Shown here: in pieces, positions 51,770 to 64,000 of the stretch
How the letters are laid out: each line of letters starts with the position of its first letter
Numbering within the stretch: position 1 is the stretch's first letter
From: Massalongia carnosa
Taxonomy: Eukaryota
Direction of reading: 5' to 3'
Assembly: GCA_965645245.1 (NCBI GenBank)
Contig: OZ287069.1
Location: forward strand, 558,001-622,000
DNA: 64,000 nt
Notes under the pieces: generated by a model
Told to the model about the DNA's origin: nothing
What the model saw: the letters and a program-made list of their open reading frames with translations, nothing else
Databases searched by the model: none
Position numbers and translations under genes: made by a program

Positions 51770-52690
51770 TTTAGGGGGGTTTTGGCTGAATTCCGTTAGC
51801 TATCATATATCCCTTAAAAGCGAGGTTTGGCCATGTATGGACTAGACATGTTTACCTTTGACAGTGGTCAAGTCTAGGCTAGATGCCTGATTGAGCTTGG
51901 AAGAAAAGAATGTTTGGCTTTTTTTTTATTAGGAACGCAATTTGGGGGAGGCTCGAATCTGATGTTCTGAAACAGGGTGAAAGGTTATGAAGATGAAAGG
52001 GAATCTTATACACAGAGGCAAGAACAAATTATATCGCAGAATGTATTAGGCGATTAAATAGGCAGAACTGAGATGAGCAAAATGATGATGAGATTCAGGT
52101 GCACAAATGCGGAGTCCAGCAACGGCACAAAAGAGAGATTTTCAATAGCATCCATCACCACTCGGCTGATTTGAATTTACTGCTCCCAGGCCCGGCATGA
52201 AAAGGGAAGTCCGTAGAGATGGAGCAGGTAGTATTACCGTGACACCACCAGAAGCGCACCGAGAAAGCACAAAAGTGAAAGTTCCGACTCTACACAAAGC
52301 GAAAGAAATCTAAGCTAGAAGACAAAGCGATGGGCCAAGTGTCCAGAAGCGGAGAACTCGTTGAAAGGCATTTAACTTCGGAAAAGTGTCTTGAACGACA
52401 ACTCTTGACATAACGACTCATAAAGCGACCTCGTGCACCATTGTCTAGGTCCGTCTGGAAAACCCAACCTTTGTACTTGGAGTTCTTGCCTGTAACTTTG
52501 CTTGATGGAGTATCGGGGCATTATTGATGATGAGATGGACGTTTGGTGACGAGCGACCTAGTCCTCAACTCCCCCCCCCAAAAATGAAAGAAGGTGAAAG
52601 AAGGTAGGACACAAAAGGATTCAACTCGTTTTGCGGCATTGTTCACAACCACGTTATATCTTATCGCCAATTGACCCCCTCCCCTCATCA

Positions 52691-53354
52691 TCACCAGACA
52701 TCGGCACCTATGTTGTCAAGCCAATATCTACAATCATTAAGTCCAAAAGCCTCGTAAACATGATGTCTTGTTAGTGCTCGCCCCTGAAGACCGAAGAACA
52801 TGAGCTCCTGTTTTGGGATTCCGTATTAGTTGGGGCATTTTCTTACCGTTAAACTCCGGCAACACCAGACTCGCGGAAGGATACATTTCCCTAGGTATTC
52901 CCCACTGTCGTCTGTATTTTCTATAAGTCAGCCTGGATTTGTCTCTGTACCCCTTGAAGGGATGTAAGCCCTACAGGGAATACAGTGGTCCACTTTCGAA
53001 TACGCCCAAGGTTTTTCGTTCTCGGGGCAGCACATCGGTCTGTACCTTAAATCGCACATGTAAGGGAGATGCCATGTTAGTGAAGTGTTGGGGCCTTCGG
53101 AGCCGGTGAAAGCGATTTTGTCCCCGGCTTTGGTGGGATGAGGGTCAAGATCGGCTGCGCTTTGTACGAAGGGGCTAGGAGCCAAGGGATTGGCTTCGTT
53201 GGTATTTGAAATCGCCAGCCAACCCATCGTCGTGGTTGGGAAACCCGGAATATTGCGAAGAAACCAAATCGAACACGGACGGGCTCATGATCTGTGGGTA
53301 TGCTTCGACGCGCAGAGCCAGCAACAAGCCAAGAAGGACATAGTGAAATTTCAT
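52691..53354 (-). pseudogene. Small secreted Cys-rich protein with a hydrophobin-like 8-Cys pattern, apparently disabled
   Basis: Signal peptide MKFHYVLLGLLLALRVEA; introns 52974-52921 and 52846-52784. The spliced core has C-x7-CC-x14-C-x14-C-x6-CC-x21-C. There is a frameshift near 53175-53230 and a T|AA stop at the first splice junction. Confidence 0.6.
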
Positions 53355-56300
53355 AATGGAGCAATCACCTTTGCGTAACGACAAGTTGAAGGCTCATTCA
53401 TTGAAGTGCGGAGAGAAACGGGGTTTCTAGTGTAGGTTTCAGTTCTGAGGACCTCCATGCCAACTCGCCTCCGAGACATGCTACATCGCGTTGAAGGGTG
53501 AAACAGATAGCCGTGCTTTTGGCCATGTAAAATGTTCTCGCACATCCTATTCAGGCCATCTAACTATTTTCGAGAAGACAACTTGATCTTTTCGTCGCAC
53601 GTTTCACAGTTAGACACCCTAGGTAGTTAGGTATCCAGATACCTCGCTGAACCATTTGAAATGCATCATACGAATCAAGATAGTTTGCTCAGGGTATAGC
53701 CTGGAGCAAACTCAAACCACGCATCGATGGGTATGTCCCAAGTTAGGGGTTTGAGATGTCATCGCCATATCACACGACCGCGCGACTTGTTTTTGCTTCG
53801 GGATTCCCTTTGGGCAAAGGTCAAGGAAGAATAATCATGCTTTTTATATGCTTCCCTAGTGCTTCCTTGTGATCGATTCGATCTATGTCTCTGAAGTTGT
53901 TGAAGCTTGGTTTCGTCTCAAAGACCGGGAACATCTCACCGAGCAGGCCCGGCACTCGTAAGCTAGGATACGGAGTTGTCTATTAACCCAGCCAACAGTC
54001 CCATCGAAACAGCTGTCGGCTGGGTTCATCTCAGGGATCTTTCGGATTATGCACTACAAGTTGTGGCACATCCATTGGCTGGATCTGTGCTTGGATGCAG
54101 GCTGCTGTAAAGCCCAATTTACTCCAGAATCCCGAACTGCGGTTACTACTAGAGACGTTGCTCTTGCTCATGGTTTGGTTAGGATCTTTCCAAATTCTTG
54201 GGTTTTATAAAAGTCCTTATCAAAAGAAGAGGACGAGAGAATCCATAATCTCAACCCTACGTTTGAAAATCGTGTTTCAAACTCCATATTTTCGTTCAAA
54301 CGTTTTTTCGATCATCTCGCTATAGAAACGAGGTTCGACAAGTTTTATCATGTGACGTGCGCCACGGATCTCTCTTGAAACCTATTTCCGGAAATAAAAC
54401 TTTTCTTAGCCCGTTCGATTTTCCATTTGGTTACTATTTTATTAGGTTCAGTTAGTTTGATCTCATCTACTACTTGACTTTCTATCTTATCTGTGCTTCA
54501 GACGGAAAGGAGAACCGATATTTATCGAAAAGGACCGCGTGGCTGCAGGCGCCGTCGGTAATAAGCCGTTCCACGAGGTCGAGGGAGCGTGGCAGCCCGC
54601 GGAGCTGCAGACTAGTAGGGGGGACGGCGTATTGGGTCAGAAGGGGGTGTAGGAGAATCCGTAGATGGTTTTAGCTTGGTGAAGAAGTTGGGGGAGAGGA
54701 AATATGTAATGGGAAAAAAGGCAATGGGAGGAAAGATGGGGGAAAGAATATGGGCGAGTTCACAAACCCATGGGCAAGGAATGGAAAGAGGAAAGATGAT
54801 CTCACAATAAATAGCATAGGAGCCACTTCCCAACTCTCAGCCAAACCCTCCCCAATATCAGCCATACCATATCACATCATACCATGTCTTCGCCTGCGCG
54901 TACTCTACGCCACAGTCATTGCATCACCCTCTCCTCATCCATTCATTCCGCTCAGCTACTCCACTCCCCCCCTTCCCTCCAAAACAACAAGCAAGTTCCC
55001 TCCCCCCCCCCAGGACACCTCGACAGTTTAGCTGCTATGATCACACATATTTAGGCATCCAGTTTAGTTATGTTTTGCGAAGATTTTTCCCTTTTCGTTT
55101 TTCCCCCACTTTCTTTCGCTGTCGATTCTCGAATAGAGAAATGATCAAGGAAACGAGCGAGGAAGGGTTGCCGAGGTTTGATGAGAGGGTATATCATACA
55201 TGTATAGTTGGTATGTACCTATATTCTTCCTGTGTCCCTAATATCTGATTCCAGAAGCCTACTATTGCTTCAACCTGCCGTCGTTGTTTTCGCTGCAGCA
55301 GAACCGCGAAATATACATGGAACTTCTTAATTTGATTTTCATTTCTGTGTATCTAATAAAACAACATAATTATTAATTTCGTAGAAATTTTGTAGTACTC
55401 TTATATGATGATATCTCAGGTTTTCATAGTCGGTTCTTTTTTAACGTTGGAAATTTTGTTGGTTTTTTCAATATGTAATCAGTTGCGATTTTTATCGTAC
55501 TGAAATTTATAGAGAATTCATCAGACGCTTTATGGCTTTTTCAATGCAAAAGAGAACAAAGAAATATGGGGATGTTACTCCCAAACTACCGTCATCGTCA
55601 CCGATAGGAAACAGAACACACGTGACGAATACCCAAACAAGAAAACCTGGTACATAAAAACACGAAAGTCTTGGACTCCGACACTGCCCCTGGATAAACT
55701 TCCTTTACATACTCAATGTGGAAGACTGCATGTTTAAAAGTCTCCTAAATACATATCTGTCGCAAAAAACAAATGAACAACTAGACCCCGAACGGATAAA
55801 TCTTCTTGCTGCAGCGCCTTCCGGCGCATTTTCCGTATCCTTAAACAGTCTTGTTTCCTTGCGTTTTTCAATATTGTATCCCCACTCCGAAAAGCCTGCT
55901 GCTTAAAATACCCATTCTAGACGCCCGTCATTATCAGTCCGGCAGAACCGGTCTGGTGTTTTTGCAAAAACGCATATCGTCGGATGCAACATCGTAAAGG
56001 TTGGAGTTTTTGCTTTGCCTCTTCTTGGCGGAATGAATTTCCCCCTTTCAAACAAAGTTCATATAGGCAACTAATTCTGTAGGCCGTCGACCGGTCGGTC
56101 GATCTGTCTCGAATCTACGCTTCGCTTCTACCATCGACTAGATTTGTGGGCCGACGGGCGCTTTTTGGCAATTGTTACACCGTAACATACGATACGCCAT
56201 GAATGGGAAGGAGAAATGGTCTCACAAATGCGCTCGGCATCTTAGTCCCTCCCTTGTGGTTGCGTGGCTCTCCCCAGATCCACTTGCTCGGGCGTCTGGT

Positions 56301-59300
56301 TCCCCCCCGCATCACTATGGACGACTTGGGTGTGATACATAGCTAGCCATGGCTCCTGTTGTAGCTCAAGCCTCACCGGATCTTCCTGGATTGCTTGGGT
56401 CAGGATCCGGCGAGGGTTTGGCGGGGAAAGAGTGCGCATAAGGGGGCTTAACAGGAGGATTCCCGGAAGAAAGTGCTTGAGCTGCCGGGTTTGACCGGTG
56501 GGCTTTTTTTTGCGAATGCTGCAGATATCTGGGGAATTTGGCCCATGATCGTACGTGCAAAGGCTTCGTTGCTTCTTTTGGGCGCTAGATTGAGTTTGCG
56601 GTGTATAGTTATGCAGTATATGTATTGTATAGTATATAGGGATTCTTGCGATGATGCCCGCAAGATATTGTGGGACTATGGTACGGGTAAAGTCTGGGTA
56701 TTTACCTACTTGGTTGAAAATCAAGAAGGATTTTGTTGAGCGGGGGGGATAGGGTAGGGAATGTATATAATATATTTATTAAAAGCAATCGTGGTTCTTG
56801 AACCGATTTGTGGAGTTCGCACGCAAGCGGTATGTATCAAGTCGTTGCCAAGTCTTGTTTTGTTTGACATGTTTGGTTTTATAAGTCAAAAGCCAACGAC
56901 AAAGAAGAACAGAAAAACACCCCGATGGGGAAAATAATATAACGAGTAAAAGTCAGCCAATGGCCCTTTCCGCGTCCATTCCCTCAGTTTGAAGTTATCC
57001 CGCGCTTGGAAATGGCTCTGCCGGGCGATTTGCGGCGGTGTGGCGTGGACGCGTGCACAGAACCAATATGAAGGGCGGAACTGTTTTCTACTTACCCCGT
57101 TGCTCTCCTCTTCCCATGAATGAAAGGCATGGTTTGTGTGCTCAAGAGCTGCAAGGACGGAGACAGCTCTCAGGAAAAACCGTGCGGTTAGTGTATGCCA
57201 CACAAGACGAACATTATGACTTGCTTCTTCTTTAGGTCAAACGACAAGCTAGGGAGGTAAGGACTTGATGATCGTAAATCACACATTGCTCAGCGAGAGG
57301 AAGACCACCTGTTATGGAATATGAAATCTTACTGTACGGATATTTTCCGAGGGCGATGGAAGTCGACTCTCATTTTGCGCGTTTCTTTGTTGTACATAAT
57401 AACTATGGTTGATGATTCGATTTAGTTACGACACGTTGACCTCATCTTTCCAGTTCATCAATGTTAACCTTGTGTTTGCTGAGATTTAAGGTGAGACTAC
57501 TTCCTTTTCTTCTGATAAAATCTTGGAATTTAACTGTCCCTCATTGATGGCGTCGTCTGGCATCTTTGTAGCTGTCTCAATCGTCAAAGAACAAATGCAA
57601 GACATTTGCGACAGTCGTAAATGCCATGAAAATAGCAAACGAGTGGCTGTGTTAAGGAATCTCTCTTCCGCTAATTGACAAGAAGCCGAAAATACCCTCG
57701 GTTGGGCGACATGAAGCTGATTCATTCGCCGAATGATCCGAGCACCCTTGTCGTTACCCCCGAAGCATTCTACATAGAGACAGCATTGTCCACATTATCT
57801 TACCAGCTTGTTCCCACTCAGCCTCGACCGTGAGTCATTCTTCACCCGAGACAGCTTTTTGCAAGGGATTTATTGTTCGTCGGGCAGGATTCGTTGAAGC
57901 CTTATGTACTAAATCCATATCTTTTGCTTCTAAGATCGTCATTTTCTCACACCGATTTCCTAGGCTAGGGCATTTCGTTCCTGCGGTTTTCGGGCATTGT
58001 CGAGAACGAAAAAAAGATGCGGTAAGGCCCAAATGTTTTAAGTATATAAACCCAGCATCATGCACTTGAAAGTCTTTGAAGACGTAATCCTTCAACTAGA
58101 CGCCCACGGCGTGCTTTATCAACAAAGTCTTGCAGAGCTTGGTCAAGTTTTCTGCGAGATACGCTATACTCTGCCTCATCTCTCTTGACGGGGAGGAAGT
58201 CAACAGTAGATGAAAATAACGTTGCGGTTTCCCGTTCCTTGCGAGATATAGAAAACATGGGCTCTAAAAAACATTCTTGAAGGAAGACTGCAGATGATCA
58301 TTTCTATCAGCCAAAAAAAGCTGGTTCACTGATATGCGCTGAATAAACTTTAGAAAACAAGGGCACGAGGCTCTACCGCTGTTATCTCATAAGGAGGGAT
58401 CTCAAATCCTAGACGAAGATTAACACTTTAAGTTAAAAATTGAGAATGGCAGAGTATCTTTAAGCATACGTATTGTACCGGTATCAGCGTTATATCAATT
58501 GGTTCAAGGCTGCATATCTCTTTCAAGAAAATCCCAAGAATATTCCCGACGATGGGGGCCTATAAGAGACAGCATCAACACTCGTGGATATGGGAGTCTG
58601 TTGGTGTAGGAGCTAAATAACGTGACCTGGAGTCTAGCGTTTGTGAACCTACCGGTCCCGTTGTCACCGATGAAAGTCCTACTGGCTTCTTTTTCAAATG
58701 AATCACCCGCTTCTATCGGCTTGTGCGTTTTTTACTTCCCCCTGGCTGAATGGCTGTCATTGCTTCTTAGTCTAATGCCTGAGTTGTAGAGTCGAAGAGT
58801 GATAGCAACAATGATTGCTGTTGTAGTGGTGTTGTGAAGTATACTGGTGCTCGATTGGCGTATGAAGAGGAGGAAGCAGTGCTGCTAACAGATATTCTCT
58901 AGCGTGCCATTTAAAAGGGGTACTCTAGATCTTAATATTTAACTATACTCTGTAGAGTCTGGGTGCTATAGTGTGCTTACTGCGGGGAGGGAGTTAAAGT
59001 AAGATCCAGTAAATTGGCCTTTGTGACAGATCTTTATTTTCTCGCGTTTGACGTCTTCCGTAGTAGAATGAATGCTGACACCGCTGTCTGCTAGCTGTTC
59101 ACCGACCAGATGGTCTTGAATTATTATTGTACTTATTATCAATAATATAGAGAAGTGTTTTGAAGGCTGTGATTCTGATATTCTCAAAGCAACTTTGGCT
59201 GTGGGTTCTGCCTTTCTATGACAAGAGCAGTGGTCAATCTTACTCCGCTTGTGAAGAACAGATAGAAATAAAAACGGAACTTTATGAGGGATGCTTCGTA

Positions 59301-60772
59301 GCTGATGAATGTAACGGCAGTGTGGTAAAATAACGACATATTACGAAGCCAGCGAGCAACGCTTCACCAATACGAAATTTCATGTGTTTAGGTGAGAAGT
59401 ACCAAATATTGCCCTTTTTAAATTTTCTGAAAGATGAGTGAGAATTAGAGAAGAAAAATGAAGGCATACATAAATGCGTGCGGAGAAAAGAATAACCATT
59501 GAGCTATACTGGGGCCTGATTATAAGATTTATAATATATAGAGAGAATAATAAGAACTTTCCTCTTTTCAAGGCAGCTAACAGCAACAACAGCAACTCTG
59601 TACCCAGTCAGTAAACCTTTCGCCGAAGTTTAATTGGGAACCCTCACCGATATTAATATACGAAGGAGATCTGCACCCACGATCCCAGAGCGTTGTACGG
59701 TTCTTCCAAGGTCCGTCTTAGTCCACAACTTTAATTTTAGTATCTTAGCCAAATACTTTCCAGAAATCGCTTATAGCTGGCGTCTTCTTGAAAGTACAAG
59801 CGCCTTGAAATTGCAACTGAAAGCGAATATTAAATGCTGGTATATCCACATCCGAATATCTTTCTTTAAGCTCTCCTTAGTAGCTTATTCGGCTCAGCCA
59901 GCTCAGAGAATAAGAAAAGGTTAGGCAGGAACGCCTTGAGGTAGACATAACCATCCTATTTGTCGACATCGTCGAGATTAGTAAGCTCAAAGCGCCAGAT
60001 GCCTCGCCATGTAGGGACATAGCTGTTTCTCAATCATTTACCAATTACTAATGATGGCTTCCCGTCATGATAATGTCCAAGAATAGTTCATATCTCGGCT
60101 CGAGCAACAAAAAAATCTCTGATAACGAAACAAGTCTCCCATTCCCAAAGCAACAAATCACTCAACCCCCGCGACAAAATCGTAATCTCTCCACGTAGAA
60201 ACTAGATGCTAGAAATTTAAAAAAATAATAATAAAAAGGAGAACAGAGGAGTAGATAGGTAGCAAACAAAAACCCGCATGAAAGAGAAGAAAACAGAGAG
60301 CTTTAGCGCTTTACGTAGGGAGATGATTACAAGAACCCCCACCACAAGACTTTGAGAAGTGGGTCGGTCGATAGTAAGTAGATCTATAGAAGAGAGCAAA
60401 AAGAAAGAAAGAGATGATGGATGAGCAGTGAGGAACACTTATAGCAACTAGCGGGCGCTCTTCACCCATGTAAAATATCCATCACAAGCCATTCACCAGC
60501 GGTGGATCCTTCCTCAAAGACCTACTGGTACATAACTGAGAAAAAGGGGGAATCGCCAATATTAAAAGGTTTCTTACGATAACCTCTACCTACCTCATCA
60601 AGTATCTAAGAGATTAAAGAAAAAGCTAGGATATAATTTATCTAGCCAAAAAAGTAAATACAAAGCTCCTGAGGGTATCTTCTAACCAGTAAAAACCTAG
60701 AAAATGCATCCGTCCCTAACGATCATCAGAAGAAACCTTCACTAAGGCCTGCTGCCTGGCAGCTGCAAACTA

Positions 60773-62974
60773 TCATCTTTTCTGCCTCTTGCTTGCCTCG
60801 CCTTGAAGTCTATTGGTCTCATGTATTAGAAACTCGTCGCTATCCGCATTTAGCGAGCCGCGAAGAACACTCAAGGCCACAATATCCTTGTTGTAACTCT
60901 TTAAACCCATCCCTCCTGAGACCGCGAGATCGGCGTCCTCCTGAACGGCGATAATCACTGTCTTCGGCGCCTGCCTTAGATTTGGCTTGCGAGGTAATGT
61001 CACTACAGACTTCGCACCCGCATGTAAGGCGATGTCCTTTAAGTCCGCAAAGCCCTTTCCGAGTTCCTTCTTCGCCGCGGGAGTGAAGTATAAACTGTAA
61101 TCAAGAAGAGGTTTTACGCCTTGTTTGCCTCGCTCAATTGCTTCGCTTAGATCGATTCCCCACTCAGCCTCTTTGGCAGGATCTCGAGCCAAAAAGTCGT
61201 TGAGAGGCAACAGCTCGCCTTTTGCGACACTCTGCACCACCCAGTCGTCGGTAATAATCTGCTTCCCCAATATGACTGCTAGAACTAGGTTGCAAGTCTT
61301 TTTTAAGTCTCCTTGGCCAACGCAAAGAACATCGCACTCTTTCGGCGATTTGGCCTTTTTCACGCCCTGCTTTTCCAAGAAAGTCATGCACTTATTTGCT
61401 CTGTCAATAGAGGTGGAGTTGGCAAAGAACAGCCGCATATCTGAGATCGATGACGTAGCCATGGGTGCAGCCTCACGAAGGACAGACCTCGTGCTCCTGC
61501 TTGAAGAGGGCGGTTCGGATGAGTTTGGTACCGACTTGGCGTTCTCCCCTTTGGGAGTTTGCTTTCTTACGGATTGCTTCTTGGCAATCTTTGCTTTAGT
61601 ACTTGATGTGGGAATTGCAACATAGACCATGCTGTTCACACTGTCTTGGCTCTCATCATTGATCCTCTTCCTTTTCCGGCCAGTTGACGCTGACGGTATT
61701 GCGGGATGGGAAAATGATGGTTCAAAGTTGATGGATAACTTTGCCGCATCAGGAGCTTCTGCTATTGAGGCCTGCATATTGGGGATAGATAGCAGACCGC
61801 CTTGACTTCGAATGGGTGAAGATAGAACACGGTTGGTATCCATCAGGGCAAGGTTCAAAGTATCATTGCGACGGTCCAATATGCTATCCTGGATGTCTTC
61901 GCTGACGGTAATTGCATGAGAAATCTTGTGGGGCGCAGCTTCAGAATCATTGCCTTGGAGGCTCTCAGGAATATCGTCATCATCAAAAACTTTACCCTGA
62001 GAGTTTGGATTTTGGAGGCTTTGGTTCTGAAGCTCCTTGGCTTGAATAGCTTCAACGAAGAAACTACCATCTGTTCCATTTCCAAGTTTCCCGTACGGAT
62101 CTTTTGTCTCTCTCGATTGAGATAGGAACCTGTTTGAAAGAGAAGCATGATCGTTCTCACCTATGATCACTTCCGGGTCTATTGATTCCGCTTTCTTGAT
62201 GCGGGATTCAGTAGCTTGTACCGTCTGACATAAAGCCACTGGACTGCTTATGAATGTCTCTTCATTCTGGATATCCTCATTGAGTCTCTCCAGATTTCCG
62301 GCAGTTGCAGACATAAGTGGAGTTTGGTTTGGCTCAACATCGTGATAACGGGAAGCCGCAGGAGTTTCCAAAATAGTTGTACTAATACCAAATGGCGTAT
62401 CTGGTGTGGAGCTGTGTGGGCGGCCGATATAAGACAATAGCTGTGAAGCCTTAAATCCTTTATCTGTTTGTTCATCTTCATTGTCTGAGGCGTTTCTATC
62501 ATATCCAGAAGACGTGACCTGAACCTCCACACTTTGAAGATTCTCGGGGCTCCCGCGTTGGATTTGCAACATAACTCGTCCGATCTGGAAAGTATCATTT
62601 GGGCGGAGATGAATAGATGACCTGGCCGGGGAGGACCTGGTCAAAATCATATCCAAATCTTCCTTCGTGTCCCATCCTGGTACATTTATTTGAATGTCGG
62701 AGAAACTGTGAAGGACAATCGCCCATTGTGAGACAACTAATACAACTATCAACGTGTGCACACGCAGGAATAAAGCGTAGCATGCAAACTAACATAACGC
62801 AGCTACGTGGCAGCGTGCTTTGTTCTCTTCCTGTGTGACAACTATGTTATCCGCATGATCCAACGTATTACAATACAGATAATATCTGGCTGGTTCATCA
62901 TTGAGATCGAAGGTGGAAAGCCGAGTTGCTGAGTTATCTGATTGAAGTAGTTGACTCAGGCAAGCTTTCGGCAT
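60773..62974 (-). CDS. BRCT-domain protein, MDC1/Mdb1-like DNA damage mediator
   Basis: Exons 62974-62794 and 62745-60773 with a 48-nt GTTAGT...TAG intron, in frame. Beta-rich N-terminus ending LRPNDTFQIG (FHA-like), an acidic disordered middle, and C-terminal tandem BRCT (LKKTCNLVLAVILGKQIITDDWVVQS; LYFTP...IALHAGA). Confidence 0.82.
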
Positions 62975-63355
62975 CGTGAATGTAGCATGAAAGTCATTGT
63001 GGAAAAAGTAGGTAACCCTTTTAGTGGGAGACGAAAGGCTTGGGTGATATTTAAATTTCACTCCCAGAATCTAGCAATTTTTACACTATGCCTCTTTTGA
63101 ATTAAAGTGTTTGTTTTTACTCCTATCGACTCGATTTCAACGTCATCGTAAGCCCCAATTTTCTAGTCTTGGATTGCGCCTTTTGGGTTGCTAACAGGGG
63201 TGTACTAAGCCTACTCTATACCGTCCACTCCATTACACTTTCTTGAGAGAACACAGACGAAGAATTAAGAGGAGGAAAATTTTGATTAGATCTCCTCACA
63301 CCCAAATGTACTTTTGAATCATCAAAAGCCAAAGCACATAAAAGCCACCGCAAGA

Positions 63356-64000
63356 TTATTCATTCAAACCTACAATTTCTGTATCCTCGTCTTCCTCTAA
63401 GATCTGCAGCTTACTCAAGCCGTAATCGAACTTCCGTGCCTGGTGCGAACTACCAAATGACACGAGAACCACGTCTCTCTACTTCGGGTCTTTGATTAGA
63501 GTAGTGGACGGTGATGATAGCGCTGCGACTCGAATGAGAGATCGGATGACGGAATAGATCCTGCCCGCATCTCCGATGCTCCATTCTAGTAGCCTGCTGT
63601 TGCTCCAAATACCGTCGTTGTCTATCCGGCAAAAACGGAAGGCAACCCCGTCGGACGCGATACCGTACACGATGGAATTGAGCTTTCGCTCATCTTTGCG
63701 GCAAGCGTGAACGATCCCCATGTAGGCAACCAATTGCGCCATGGATCGGTCTGTCTCAAATCGGCGCTTTGCTTCCACAGCCAATAAATTGGTGGCCAAG
63801 GTGTTCTTCTTCAAGCTGTCATACCAGATACTATAGTCCACATACCCGCTGAGCAGCTTCGTCTCCCCAAGATGGGTAACTTGGCGTGAGAGAAGTGTTT
63901 CGTGTTGGAGCTCAAGCTTTGCTGGATCTTCTAGGGCACTCGAATCAGGATCCCTGGATGCTTTAGCGGTGGAAGGTTGTGCATGGGAAGTATAGCTAGG
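63356..64000 (-). pseudogene. PD-(D/E)xK restriction-endonuclease-fold fungal protein; 5' end outside the window, in-frame TAG near the C-terminus
   Basis: SGYVDY...LAVEAK...AQLVAYM...VYGIASDG..FRF motif order. TAG at 63479-63481 is followed in frame by coding-like RDVVLVSFGS...KFDYGLSKLQILEEDEDTEIV up to TAA at 63356. Confidence 0.7.

Noticed and set aside
56184..56300. ACATACGA as the start of a dispersed 5S rRNA gene
   Set aside because: The following sequence does not match 5S internal boxes. I found no convincing tRNA or rRNA gene in the window.
11848..62974. nsdD, MEIOB-like and BRCT genes as a meiosis/DNA-repair cluster
   Set aside because: They are spread over 50 kb with unrelated genes between them and show no sign of co-regulation.
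29883..63481. Premature stops repaired by sexual-stage A-to-I editing
   Set aside because: Most disabled genes also carry frameshifts or truncations, and most stops are TGA/TAA or not at evident Trp positions. Ordinary decay or RIP-like mutation explains them.

Overview
Gene-sparse genomic DNA from a filamentous ascomycete (Pezizomycotina). The evidence is short GT-AG introns with CTRAC/CTAAY branch points, an nsdD orthologue and fungal transposons; a lichen-forming lineage is possible but is only a guess. Intact genes, spliced by hand: GATA factor nsdD, a LIM-domain protein, INO1, an 8-exon MEIOB-like OB-fold gene, a small membrane protein, a YcaC-like isochorismatase-family hydrolase, FAM32A/DUF1754, a conserved hypothetical protein, an F-box protein and an MDC1/Mdb1-like BRCT protein. 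Mobile elements: two diverged Tc1-type (DD34E) transposons, one intact and one disabled, plus a decayed Fot1/pogo element. Disabled genes: a protein kinase, a caspase-like protein, a hydrophobin-like 8-Cys protein and a PD-(D/E)xK nuclease-like protein. The most notable signals are (1) a fixed left/right TIR asymmetry shared by both Tc1 copies, (2) RIP-like mutations in the pogo element that fall mostly in CpC rather than CpA context, (3) a strongly over-represented non-coding 9-mer TACAGAGTA, and (4) a hydrophobin-pattern gene missed by the ORF track. I could not establish a definite new multi-gene system; these are leads, and all family assignments rest on motif recognition without database searches.
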